Positions 37,234 through 50,160 of a stretch of DNA of 64,000 bases are shown piece by piece. The position numbers were made by a program, and so were the translations under genes. This stretch comes from Ginglymostoma cirratum. Taxonomy: Eukaryota. The notes below the pieces were generated by a model. It was not told where the DNA came from, made no database searches, and was given only the letters and a program-made list of their open reading frames with translations. Each line of letters begins with the position of its first letter. The stretch's first letter is position 1. The stretch lies in assembly GCA_024137785.1 (NCBI GenBank), contig JAHRHZ010000002.1, forward strand, positions 5,928,008 through 5,992,007, written 5' to 3'.

Positions 37234-37409
37234 GTGAGTTTATTCATTTGAAGTGAAGGCGGTGAATGACAGATGATTTTCATGTTGGACGGGAACTGTG
37301 CACCAGGAGTGTTGAACCATTCTGCTATCTGCTAGACCTTTCCTTCCAATGTCATTTGACTTTCCTTTACCTTTTCCCTTTTGTTTTTTATAAATTTCCT
37401 TGTGCTAGT

Positions 37410-40390
37410 TGTGCACCGCAGGCTGACCTGCATTTATTGCATGTGCCTAGTCGCCCCTAGGAAAGTGGTCGTGAGCTGTGTTATTGAGCCACTGCAGCCT
37501 ATGTGCTCTAGGTAGTTGCAAAATGTCCTTGGAGAGGGAACTATAGGACTTTGATCCAGCGGCAGTGAAGAAACTGTGATATGTTTCCAAGTCAGGATGG
37601 CGAGTAGCTTGGAGGAGAGCTTGCAGATGTGGGTGTTTCCTTGTATCTGCTGCCCTTGTCCTCTTGGCTGGCAGTGGTTGGCAGTTTGGAAGGTGCTGTC
37701 TAAGGATCTTTGGTGAATTTCTGTGGTGTATCTTGTAGATTGTAGCAATGTGTACTGAGTGTCAATGGTGGAGGGGTGGATGCTTCTGGATGTGTTGCCA
37801 ATCGTGTGGACTACCTAGTCCTGATGGTGTCATGAATTCTTTGTGTTGCTGAAGCTGCACCCATCTAGGGAGAGTATTCCATCATACTCCTGACTTGATT
37901 ATGTTAGATGATGGAAAGGCTTCGGGAATTCAGGAGGTGAGTTACTTGCTGCAGTATTCTTTACCTCTGATCTGCTATTGGAGCCACTGTATTTATATGG
38001 TGAGTCCAGTTGAGTTTCTAGTCAATGGTAACTCCCAGGTTATTAACAATGGCAGATTCAGTGATGATAACACCATTGAGTATCAAGGGATGGTGGCTAT
38101 ATGGTCTCTTATCGGAGATGGTCATTACCTGGCATTTGTGTGGTACAAATGTTACTTGCCAACTGTCAGCTCAAGTCTGGATATTGTTCAGATCTTGTAA
38201 CATAGAACATAGTTTAATATCAGAGGAGTCACGAATGGTGCTGAACATTGCACAATCATCAGCATACATCCCCACTTCTGACCTTATGATGGAGGGAAGG
38301 TCATTGATGAAGCAGCTGAAGATGTTTGGACCTTGAACATTACCCTGAGGAACTCCTGCAGAGATGTTCTGGAGCTGAGATCACTAACATCCAACAAGAA
38401 TGGCACAGTGGTTAGCACTGCTGCCTCAGTGCTAGGGACCCATGTTCGATTCCACCCTCGGGTGACCGACTGGAGTTTGCACATTGTCACTATGCCTGCG
38501 TGGATTTCCTTTGGATGCTGCAGTTTCCTCCCATAGTCCAAACATGTGCAGGCTAGGTGTTAGCCATGGAAAATGTGGGTTACAGGGCCAGGGTAAGGGA
38601 ATGGATCTGGGTGGGATGCTCTTGGGAGGGTGATGGGCGAATGGCCTGTTTCCACACTGTAGGCATTCTTTGACCTATGATTTAAAGAACAACTACCTTC
38701 CCTTCTGTCAGGTATGACTCCAATCAGCAAAGAGATTTTCCACTGATTCCAGTTGTTCTAGACATCCTTGATGTCATGCTCGGTCAAGGACTCTTTATCC
38801 CATCTCACCTCTGGAATTCAGCTTCTTTGTCCATGTTTCAGCCAAGGCTGTAATGAGTTCAGGAGCCAAGTGGCCCTGGTGGAATGCAAACTGGGCATCA
38901 CTAAGCAGATTATTGCTGAGCATGTGCTGCTTGATAACCCTGCCAAAGACATCTTCCATCAATTTACTAATGATTGAGAGTAGACTGATGGGGTGGTAAT
39001 TGACTGTATTGGATTTGTCCTGCTTTTGTGTACAAGACATACCTGGGCAATTTTCCACATTGTCAGGTAGATGCCAGTGTTGTAGCTGTGCTGGGACAGC
39101 TTGACTAGGGGAGCAGCAAGTTCTGGACCACAAGTCTCCAATATTATTGCCAGAATGTTGTCAGGACCTAGAGTCTTAATAGTATCCAGTGCCTCCAGCC
39201 ATTTATTGGTATTACATGGAGAGAATTGAATTGGCTGAAGACTGAAATCTGTAACGATGGGAACCACCAGATGAGACCAAGATGGATTATCCACTCAGGA
39301 CTTCTGCTCAAAGACTGTTGTGAATGCTCCAAGCTTATCTTTTTGCACTGGCATGTTGGGCTTACCCATCACTGAAGATGAGATATTTTTGGACCTTCCT
39401 CCTCCAGTGAGTTATTTAATTGTTTACCACCATTAGCAACTAGATGTGGCAGGACTGCAGATCTTAGATCTGATCAATTGGTGTGGGATTGCTTAGCTGT
39501 GGATATCAGCTTGTGCTGTTTGGCATGCAAGTAGCACTATTTGGTAACGTCACCACATTGACAGCTCAGTTTTAGGTGTGCCTGGTGCTTCTCCTGGCAT
39601 GCCTTCCTGCATTCTCAGTTGAACTGGAGGTAATCCCTGGCTTGGTGACAATGGTCGAGTGAGGGATATTCTGAGCCACGAGGTTGCAGATTGTTTTGGA
39701 GTGCAATTCTGATGCTGTTGATTGCCCAGACTGCCTCACGGATTCCCAGTCTTGAGTTGCTTAATCTATTCAAAATCTGACCCAATTAGCATGATTGTCA
39801 TGCCACACAACATGATGGAGTGTATTATTAATATGAAAGTGAGACATTGCCTCCAAGAGGACTGTGCGTTGGTCACTCTTTCTGAAATTGTCATGGACAG
39901 ATGCACCTGCAGCTAGCAGATTGGTAAGGATCAGATTAAATATGTTTCTCCCTTTTTGTTGGTTGCCTTACCCCCTGTCATAGACCCTGTCTAACAGCTA
40001 TGTCCTTTAGGACCCAACCAGCTTGATCAGTAGTGGTACTACTGAGCCACTGTGGGTGGTGGACATTGAGATCTGCAACCCAAGTACATCCTGTGCCCTT
40101 GCCAGCCTCTGTGATTCTTCCAGGTGTTTTCAACATGGAGGAGCATACGACTATATACCACTCTGCTGTCACCTTTACTGGATCTGTCCTGCTGGTGGGA
40201 CAGTATGTATTCAGGGATGATGGAGGTATTGTTGGGTTCATTGTTTAAAAGGTATGATTCCATGAGTATGACTGTCAGGTTGTCACCTCACTAGTGAGAG
40301 ACAGCTGACCCAATTTTAGCACTAACTCCCGAATATTAGTAATGAGGACTTTGCAATGCTGACAGGTCTGGTTTTGCCATTGTCATTTCC
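37410..40390 (-). mobile_element. Old CR1-like LINE (APE-RT), degraded, with a nested SINE
   Basis: Minus-strand WVADLNVHH, YHPISLLSIISKLME, DAQFAFHQGH. Confidence 0.8.
38400..38680 (+). mobile_element. HE1-like SINE
   Basis: ggcacagtggttagcactgctgcctca...gttcgattcc; tail gatgggcgaatggcctgtttccacactgtagg. Confidence 0.85.
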
Positions 40391-42414
40391 GGTCCTTAGG
40401 TTGATGCGAGGTACTCCAGCCTGTTGCAATTCTTTATTATTATGTAATTGTAGTAATTTATTGTTAATGTGTTCATGAAAATATGTATAAGTTGCCACAA
40501 TTAATCCGGCACTATCTTAATTGTGTACACTATAAAGGAGAAACCATGCAAACAAAGTGAAGAAAAATTCCTCTTTTTGCTCCAACCATGGTTTCTTGAT
40601 TTCATAAGTAGCTATGGGACATGCCTTACTCCGCAGCCAACAAAGTTGTCCCTGAGGCCGCAACACTGAGGAGGAAGCATGCTGAAGCAGCGTGCACAGT
40701 CGCCGACCAGACCCAGGATGTCACCTCTCCCAGAGCTGCCTCATTGCTACCGATATTGCACCTGCCGCCATACATGGGAGGCTGTCCCAACTCTTGAGGA
40801 CTGGGGCCCATTCTCAACTTCCAAGGACCGAAGGACCATCCAAGTGAACTCCAGAGGATAGAGGGATTGTTCACTCTGCTGCCGAAACTCCAAAGGAGAA
40901 GAACTAAGCCCAATCCATCAAGGGTTCAACAGTTGCTCAAGCTGCAACTGCCACGGCCACGAGGAATGGACTGGATCTGCCGCTCAGCAGCTATCCCCAA
41001 CCTCTCCTCACCACTACAGCCACAGACAGAAGACAAAATGAATTTGATTCAAAAGTCAAATGAAGAAAAGTTAAAATTTTTGAAATAAGGTGCAGTTGGT
41101 CATGTAAATAGAGGGGCCAGGAGCTCGAACACCTATCCTACCACCTCTGTCTTCTTTGTTGAGACTTCATAGTGATTGATTACTCCCGAATGGCTTCCTG
41201 GGCCATTTCAGAGGGCTGTTGAGGGTCAACCACATTACTGTGGGCTGGAGTCACATGTAGGCCAGACCAGGTGGTGAGAGTTTATTTCCTTCCTTGAAGC
41301 TGTTAGTGAACAGGTGGCTTTTTCAAGAATTGACAGTGGCTTCCTGATATTTTGGTTGAATTCAAATTCAAACTCAAACATCTGCCTTGCATCCCCAGAA
41401 CATTAGCTGCGTTTGTGGATTAATAGTCTAGAGAAACTAGCACTACTACTCCTCACAATTGTAACTCAAACTGTCGCTGAATAGGGTGCACGGCTGTCTG
41501 ATTGTGACCAATCGTTTTTCAACTTAGCTGAATTGGAACTGAGCTACCAGGGGACATTTTAATTTTAACATCGGGGAAATATGGACAGCAGATTTCAGCT
41601 TTACACCTGAATCAATAAATGGATATATGGGACTCTGGACTAAAGAAAACCTCAGTTGCTTTTTTCATAATCCTGCAAGTGGTTTGAGAAACTAAGCAAG
41701 AATACCTGCTGCAGAGGAGTGATCCAATTGGAAGGAGCCACTGTATAGTAGTTGTGAAGTCAAATTTATTTTCACAGAAATAGATGAATTCAAATGTTTA
41801 ATAAAATTAGATAAAATCAGAGACTGGGTATTTCCCATGGTCAGTTGATTATTAATAAGGGACATGCCTGACACTTGAGAGTACCAGTGAAAATCTGGAT
41901 TTTTAAAAAAAATTTCTCCCAAGTATCAATTGTACGATTACTGAAACTATCGTTGCAATATATTTAAGAACTGAACACAATGCATGCATTCATTTAGCAG
42001 AGGAAAATCACTGGAGGCAGCAGTTTTGAGCCCAACTTTACAGTGTAAGACGTGGAGGAAACCATTGAACCAGTCCTGCTCCTCCATCAAATGAGATTAT
42101 GAATGAGCTGGTTGTGGCTTCAACTGCACCTGTCTTTCAAATGCTGTATCCACCCCCATCCCCTAATTCCATCTCCACCCCCGCCCCCACCTCCCCACAT
42201 CTCCTGCCCTTCCATACCCTTTGGCTGTCTGTGATGGCAACTGTTGAAGCACTCCCTGTTGTGCTGTACTTCTGTCATCCTGTGTAATAATGTTGTACAC
42301 TTGTTTAATATACTGCTGGATATGAAGGATCAAATGATAAACCAAAATTCTCAGATTTGTTTTGATCAGATGCAATGAATATTTAAGGGCTCATTGACTG
42401 AATTAATGTTTTAG

Positions 42415-42690
42415 GTACCCACTACCTGCAAGGACTGTTTGGCTGTAAGCTACATGATGCCAATCCGAGTGAAGGGATTTTGAAGTTTGCTCTTGATGGC
42501 AGATACATATTCAGTTTTAATAAAGATACATTGGTTTGGAATATACACAATAAGTTCGCAAAAGAGTTCAAAGTGAAATGGGATAAGGAAACAAAGATGA
42601 ACCGTTATTTCAAGAACCTGTTAGAAAATGACTGTACAGATCTATTGAAGACGTACTATTCAATTGGAAATGCCTCTTTAAGCAGAAAAA
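42415..42690 (+). CDS. MHC class I-like heavy chain, exon 3 (alpha2)
   Basis: ttttAG| ... A|GTAAGT; 276 nt. (S)THYLQGLFGCKL...FALDGRYIFSFNKDTLVW...KVKWD...LLENDCTDLLKTYY; the canonical Cys pair is present. Confidence 0.95.
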
Positions 42691-42894
42691 GTAAGTTGAT
42701 TAAAAAATGATTGTAGATTTCCTTGTTAGTGTGCAAGGCATTGGCTTTCACGTGACACCTGTCACCACATACTTTTTAACTAGTGGCTGATTCTGTTTTA
42801 GAAAAGGAGGAAAAGCTAAATGTAATTTCCTTGTCTCTATAATGTACCATGTGAATTGTGTTGACGTTGAAATAACTATCTTTCTATCATACAG

Positions 42895-43161
42895 CTCCCC
42901 CTGAGGTCTCAATTATTGCCAAGGGTGGCAGTCATTGTTTTCTACACTGCATTGTGATTGGATTTTACCCACAGCCCATCAACGTGACCTGGTTGAAGAA
43001 TGGAAAACCTGTCCATGAGACAAACTCTACTGGGTTATTGCCCAATGAAGATGGGACGTTCCAACTAAAGACAACCCTCCAATTTGACCCATATGATGGC
43101 AACCAATATGCCTGTCATATTGAGCACAGCAGCTTCCCAGGTGGAAAGACTGTCCTTTGGG
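42895..43161 (+). CDS. MHC class I-like heavy chain, exon 4 (alpha3, C1-set Ig)
   Basis: atacAG| ... G|GTAAGC; 267 nt. LHCIVIGFYPQPINVTWLKNG...LLPNEDGTFQLK...YACHIEHSS. Confidence 0.95.
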
Positions 43162-44019
43162 GTAAGCACTATTGTTGGATCCTCCTACAACTAATGATTG
43201 TTGTGTTGCCCACAGACCCTGAAGCAATTGGATCTCTGAAAGCTTATCAGAGCAAGGTCATCTCTGCTTCTCCTACAAATCTTCAAAATTGTCCATTTAG
43301 GCTAGGGTAAATAGCCATAGAGACTTCCTAAACAAAATAAATCCTGACTAACTCCTGTATTTCTCCCTCATCCCCATTAATTGTTAGTCCATTCTGGTTG
43401 AAAGAGTAACAATTCCATATTATCTGAACCATGGGTGATTTCAGCTGTCTGAAATGCAAAGGGATCCAGGTATCCTAGTGCATGAATCACAAAGGATTAG
43501 TATGCGCATACAGCAAGTTATTAGGAAAGCTAACAGAACATCTTCATTTATCGTGAAGGTGATTAAATGCAAAATTGAGGAGGTTGGGCTTTAGTTACTA
43601 CACTTCAGATTACTAAAGGAAGTGGCCCAGAAACTATTAAATGTATTGGTGGTCACCTTCCAGAATTCTATAGACTCTGAAGCAGTTCCTACAGATGGGA
43701 GAGTGACAAATGTAACCCCATTACTTAAAAAGAGAGGGAAAGAAAGAACAGAATTGCAGACCAATTAACCTAACATCAGGAGTGGGGAAAATGTTGGAGT
43801 CTGTTATAAAAAATGTGATTAAAGAACATAAAAGCATGAACGGGATTGGAAAAAGGTAGCTTGAGTTTACGAAATGCAAATTACACTTAACGGATCTGCT
43901 GGAGTTTTTTGAGGATGTAATTAGTAGAATAGATAAGCAAGCAGTAGGGTGTATTTGGATTTTGAGAAAGCCTTTGATAAGAAGTAGGCAAGCTCATTTA
44001 GAGGGTCAGGGCTAATATT

Positions 44020-46185
44020 GTGTCATACAGCTGTACAGCACAGAAGCAGATCCTTTGGTCCCTATTGTCCATGCAGACCAAATATCCTAAATTAATCCAG
44101 TTCCATTTGCCAACAATTGGCCGATATCCCTCTTAAACCCTTTCTATTTGGGTACCCATATAGATGCCTCTTTAAATGTTGTAATCATACCAGCCTCTAC
44201 TAACTCCTCTGGAAGCTCATTCTATGCACACACAGCCCTCTGTGAAAAGAGTTATTCCTTAGATCCCTTTTATATCTTTCCTTTCGCTCCTTAAACCTGT
44301 GCTATCTGGTTTTGGAATTCCCCTACCCTGGGCAAAGATCCTGTGCTATTCACACTATCCATGTCCCTTATGATTTTATAAACCTCTAAGGTCACCCCTC
44401 AGCCTCTGATACTCAAGTAAAGATAGCCCCAGCCTATTCAGCCTTTACCCATAGTTCAAACCGTCCAACCCGGTAAGATCCTTGTAAAAATTTTCTGTGC
44501 ACTTTCAAGTTTAACAGCATCTTTTCTATAGCAAGGAGACTAGGACTGAATTCAGTATTCTGAGACTGGCCTAACCAATGTCCTGTACAGCCACAACATG
44601 ACCTCCTATCTCTCATTCCCAAAGCACTGGTCAATAAAGGCATGTACCAAATTCCGTCTTCACTACTCTCTCTACCCCTGACTACACCTTCAAGGAAGTA
44701 TGAACGTGCACCCCAAGGTCTCTTTGTTGGGTAACACTTTGCAGGACCCTACCATTAAGTGTATAATTCCTGCCCTGATTTTCCTTACAAAAAATGCAAA
44801 ATCCTACATTTATGTCAATTAACTTCCATCGACCACTTCTCAGTACATCGCTCATCTGATCAAGTCCTGTTGTACCCTGAGGTAATCTTCCTCACTGTCC
44901 GGCACACCACCAATTTTGGTGTCATCTGAAAATTCACTAACAATTCCTTCTAAAATCTCATCCAAATCATTTATATTAATGACAAAAAGCAGTGGACCCA
45001 GCACCAAGTCATGTGGCACACCGCATGTCACAGGCCTCCAGTCCAAAAAACAGCCATCTACCACCACCTTCTGTCTCCTACTTTCGAGCCAATTTTGTAT
45101 CCAAATTTGCTAGCTCTCCCTGAATTCCATGTGACCTGACTTTGCTAACCAGTCTCCCATGCTGAACCTTGTCAAATGCCTTGCTGAAGTCCATATGGAC
45201 TATGTCCACCCCTCTGCCTTCATCAATCTTATTTGTTGCATGTTCAAAATACACCATCAAGTTAGTGAGACACGATTTCCCACACAAAGCCATGTTGACT
45301 ATCTTTACTCAGTCCTTGTCTTTCCAAATACATGTAAATCCTATCCCTCAGAATCCCCTGCAACAGCTTTGCCACGACTGACTTAAGGCTCACCAGTCTA
45401 TAGCTCCCTGGCTTTTCCTTACCACCTTTCTTAAGTAATGGCACCACATTAGCCACCGTACAATCTTCTGGCACTTCACCTGTGGCAATTGATGATACAA
45501 ATATCTCAGCAAGGGGCCCAGCAATCACTTCCTAGCTTCTCACAAAGTTCTGGGATACACTTGATGAGTTACTGGGGATTTATCCACCTTAATGTGTTTT
45601 AGCTTCTCTGTAATAAGGACACTTTCCATGCTATCACATTTGTTTCTCCAAGTTCTTTAGCTCCCATATCTTTCTCCACAGTAAATACTGAAATGAAATA
45701 CTTGTTTATTATCTCGCCCATCTACTGCAGTTTCACACATAGACAGTCTTGTTATTCTTTAAGGGGCCCCATTCTCTCCCTCATTACTCTTTTGCCCTTA
45801 ATGTATTTGTAGAATCACTTTGGATTCTCCTTAACCCTATTGTCAAAGCTATCTCACGTCTCCCTTTTGCCCTCATGATTTCCCCCTTGAGTATACTCCT
45901 ACTGCCCTTGTACTCATCGAGGGATTCATTTGATCCTTGCTGTCGAAACCAACCATATTCCTCCTTTTTCTTGACCAGAGCGTCAAATTCCCTAGTCATC
46001 CACCATTCCCTACACCTACCAGCCCTGCTCTTCACATTAACAGAAACATTCTGACTGTGAACTTTCATTACCTCATTTTTGAATGCTTCCCCCTTTCCAC
46101 CAGCCCTTTCACCTGAGAATAACCTCGCCTAGTCAGCTTTTGAAAGTTCTTGCCTAACACCGTCATAATTGGCCTTATTCCAAAT
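44020..46185 (-). mobile_element. CR1 LINE, 5'-truncated, antisense
   Basis: Minus-strand KSCLTNL, MDFSKAFDKV, GVPHDLVLGP, EFSDDTK. Confidence 0.88.
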
Positions 46186-46718
46186 TGGCAATGATTAAGA
46201 ATTAGTTGATAGAAAGGAAACAGAGTGTGAATAAATGGGTCTTGTTTGCTGAATAGAAGGCAGTGATTTATGTGGTATAGCAAGGCTCGGTACTCAGCCT
46301 CAGTTATTCACTATATATTAAAGACCTGGATGAGGGAAACAAATGCATCTTTTCCAAGTTTATTGCCAATGCAAAATTGGGTGAGATTGTGAGATGTGAG
46401 GAAGATGCAAAGAAGCTTCAAGGTGACTTAGACAAGTTGAGTGAACAAACACATGGGCAATGGATAAATGTGAAGTTTTACACTTCGGTGTGAAAAACCG
46501 AAAGAAAAGTAATACTTAAATGGTATATTGGGAAGAGTGGATGTAAGAGAGGATTTGGGTGTCTGACCTAGCTGTCAATGAAAATAGGCAGGTGCAAGAG
46601 GCAATTCGGAAAGCAAATGCTTCGTTGCAAAATGATTTCAGAAGTTGTGATGTTCTGTTGCAATTATGATGTGCCAGTGTTGGACTGTGATGGACAAGGT
46701 CAGAAATCACATGATATC

Positions 46719-46780
46719 AGGTTATAGTCCAACAGGTTTATTTGAAAACACTTTCAAATAAATCTGTTGGACTATAGCCT
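46719..46780. repeat. 29-bp inverted repeat with a 4-nt loop
   Basis: aggttatagtccaacaggtttatttgaaa-acac-tttcaaataaatctgttggactatagcct. Confidence 0.85.
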
Positions 46781-48979
46781 ACTGCAGTCAGACAAAGCAT
46801 TAGTGAGGCCAAACCTGGGCTTTGCATGCAATTTTGGTCTCCCTACCTATGAAAGGATATACTTGCCATAGAGAGAATGCACTGGAAATTTACTAAGCTG
46901 ATACTGGGGAATGACAGGACTACCATTGATGATTTGACTAGGCATGTAGAATAAAGAATGAGAGGAGATCTGATTGAAAACATAAAATTCTAACAGGCCT
47001 GAAAAGACTGGATAAGGTGAGGATATTTACTCTGGTTGGAGAGTTTCAAACCAAGGGACATGATCTGAGGATAAAGGGTACACCATTTCGGACTGATTTG
47101 AGGAAACACTTCTTCACTCAAAGGGACCTGAACCTGTGGAATCCTCCACTACAAAAGGCTGTGGAGACCAGTCACTGAATATACTCAATAAAGAAATAGA
47201 GACATTTTCAGATTTCGAAAGGGTCAAGGGGTTTGGGAAGAAAGCAGGAATATGGCAGAGAAACAGGCATGTTCACATTAAAGAGTGGAATATGCTGAAA
47301 GAGTTCAATGATATATTCCTGCACATAGTGCGTAGTATCCAGGGCACAGGAGAAACCACATTTTGAATACTGCACATTGACTAGTCATGTTATTTAAGAA
47401 TGTAAATGGATTGGTGGTAGTTGAAAGAAGGTTTCCCTGACCAACATCTGGAATAAGTCCAAATAAATGCAAAATACCGTGGATACTTCAAGTCTAAAAT
47501 ATAAATATTAACTGCTGGAGAAACTCAGCAGTTCTACCGGAATCTGTGGAAAGAGTAAGAATGTTAACTTTGAGTCAAGTGGCTCTTCTTTAGAACTGAA
47601 CTGATTTTTTGTGTATGTTGATAAAAGTGGGCAAAGAAGAAAGTCGAACAGATGGTAAGGGTGCTTGGATCAAAAGACAAGGTGAGTGCTTATAGTGGTA
47701 AAGGAGGGATTAAAATGCAAAATAGACATTGTATAGGAGAAAATAAGTTTGCACTTCTGAGTCAAATCCAACAAGACACTACAGGGGGCATGGGGTTGGG
47801 TGATGTGATCAAAATGAAGGACAGTGTTTATGCTCTGAAGTTATTGAACTCAATTTGAATCCTGAATGCTGTAAAATGCCTGAGTGTAGAATAAAATGCT
47901 GCCCCTCCAGCTCACATTGAGTTTCAATGGAACAAAGCAGGCCTCTGATTGAAATGTTATCTTGGGAGCAAGATCATTTATTGATTTGATTGATTTCTCC
48001 ACCAATGCTGTGAGTTTAGAAGAGTCTCTTTATCATTTCTGTTTTCATGTCTGGAAATAAATGGAATGTCTCATTGAGATCGGTTGGACAGAGTAGTCTC
48101 GTATCTTTTTTGTACGTTAAAAGAGTAAGTGATGATGTGATTGCAACATATAAGGTCCTGTCGGATCATGATAAGTTTGATTTGGAGCATATGCTCCCTC
48201 TTATGGGGGAATTGAGATCTAGAGCTCACTGTCTTAAAAATAAGGCATCAACAATTTAACATGAGGTATGTTATTTTTCTCGTGGATGGTCACAAGTGTT
48301 TGCTATTCTCTTCCTGAAAAGGTAGTGGGAACAGAGTCCTTTGAATATTTTTAAGGCAGGGATGGTTAGATTCTTGTTCAGCCAGGGACAGAAAAGTTAT
48401 CATGCTGAGCGAATATGTGGATTTGACATTGCAGTCAGATAAGCTATGATCTTGTTTAGCAGTGAAGAAGGTTCAAGTGACTGACATACTGCTGCACCTT
48501 GTTGATAAGTTCTGATTCAACAAGCAGATTCTGTCATCTGTTGGCCTTCTCTCACGCACTGTGAACATTTCAGAGTTTGCAGAGTTGTGCCCATTGCACA
48601 GAGAAGTGCATGTAATTCACCTTGTATTATCCCATCATTGAATTGAGAAGCTTTTTCTGACCGATAAAATTGTATCTACTCCTCCATTTCTATGTCTCTT
48701 CATTTGTTGCTTCCCCTGTCTTTTTATTTCTTTTTCCTCTTCTGGCCTTATCCTCCCCCTCCTCTTCTTTTAATTTCTACCCTCAGACTTATTCTCCCTT
48801 CCCCCCCCGGTCCTTGTTTCTAAGTGCAGTAATAAATTGTGTACTTCATGTCATGGGAATATAAATCATATTAAACATCACCATTACTTGAGCAATGTTA
48901 TGACGATATGATTATGATGTATATCATTGTCCTTCCATTCAAAATTTTGTAATCAAAAGTGCTATTTAATATTTTTCAG

Positions 48980-49084
48980 AAGGAAAATTGAAGAACAGCT
49001 ATAATGTGGGGATGATTGTCTTGGGTATACTGGCGTCACTGGCAATTATTCTTATCATATTTATATGGTGGAGAAGACAAAGAG
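48980..49084 (+). CDS. MHC class I-like heavy chain, exon 5 (connecting peptide and transmembrane segment)
   Basis: atttttcAG|; (E)GKLKNSYNVGMIVLGILASLAIILIIFIWWRRQR. Donor is either G|GTGGCA (49084) or G|GCAAGT (49087); both are phase 1. Confidence 0.85.
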
Positions 49085-49187
49085 GTGGCAAGTTTTTCTT
49101 TAATGTATCACAGAGCAATTTTGCAAAAAATATTTTCTCACCCACGCGCATGATTATGCTTGATTTTACAACATTCGGATATGGTAG

Positions 49188-49495
49188 TGACGGTGGCTCA
49201 GTGGTTAGCACTGCTGCCTCACAGTACCAGGGGCCAGGGTTCAATTCTGTCCTCTGTGCAAACTCCACACAGACAGTTGCTATTCTCCCTGTGTCTGCGT
49301 GGGTTTCCTCTGGCTGCTCTGGTTCCCTCCCACAGTCCAAAGATGTGTAGGCTAGGTGGATTGGCCATGCTAAATTGCCCGTAGTGTTCAGGGATGTGTA
49401 GATTAGGGGGATGGGTCTGGATGGGATGCTTGAGTTCAGTGTGGACTTGGGTTGAACGGCCTGTTTCCACACTGTAGGGATTCTATGATCTATGA
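49188..49495 (+). mobile_element. HE1-like SINE
   Basis: cggtggctcagtggttagcactgctgcctcacag; ggttcaattc; tail gggattctatgatctatg. Confidence 0.85.
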
Positions 49496-49693
49496 ATTGG
49501 CCCTGGGTTTCTATTGCATCATAACTGCTGTTTTCTCAAGGAAAGGTTTTCTAATGAAAGTTTGTTTCATCAAAATTAAACTAGAAAAGTCAAAGAAACG
49601 ATAGACTGTAATCAAAAAAGACTTGATACAAAGTAAGTTGGAACACCATAGGAAGTTTGTGCTGAGTCATCTTTAGTTATTCAAGGTAACATA

Positions 49694-50160
49694 CAATGCA
49701 CGGCTGAGGATCCTAATATACGATGAACGGCTGAGGATCCTGGGATTGTATTCGTTAGAGTTTAGAAGGTTGAGGGGAGATCTAATAGAAACTTACAAGA
49801 TAATGCATGGCTTAGAAAGGGTGGACGCTGGGAAGTTGTTTCCGTTAGGTGGGGATACTAGGACCCGTGGGCACAGCCTTAGAATTAGAGGGGGTCAATT
49901 TAGAACGGAAATGAGGAGACATTTCTTCAGCCAGAGAGTGGTGGGCCTGTGGAATTCATTGCCATGGACCGCAGTGGAGGCCAGGACGTTAAATGTCTTC
50001 AAGGCAGAGATTGATAAGTTCTTGATCTCGCAAGGAATCAAGGGCTATGGGGGGAGTGAGGGTAAGTGGAGTTGAAATGCTCATCAGCCACGATTAAATG
50101 GCAGAGTGGACTCAATGAGCCGAATGGCCTTACTTCCACTCCTATGTCTTATGGTCTTAT
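49694..50160 (+). mobile_element. Young CR1 3' end, same subfamily as 8985-13483
   Basis: Near-identical to 13030-13483; flanked by the direct repeat ggtaacata (49685-49693 and 50161-50169); short 5' duplication of cggctgaggatcct. Confidence 0.9.

Larger units (their letters stand above)
43430..47330 (+). mobile_element. Decayed plus-strand CR1 split by an antisense CR1 (44020-46185)
   Basis: Host RT reads through ...ttggattttgagaaagcctttgataag (~43975) and resumes at ~46185 (ggcaatgattaagaattag...aaacagagtgtg). Confidence 0.7.
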
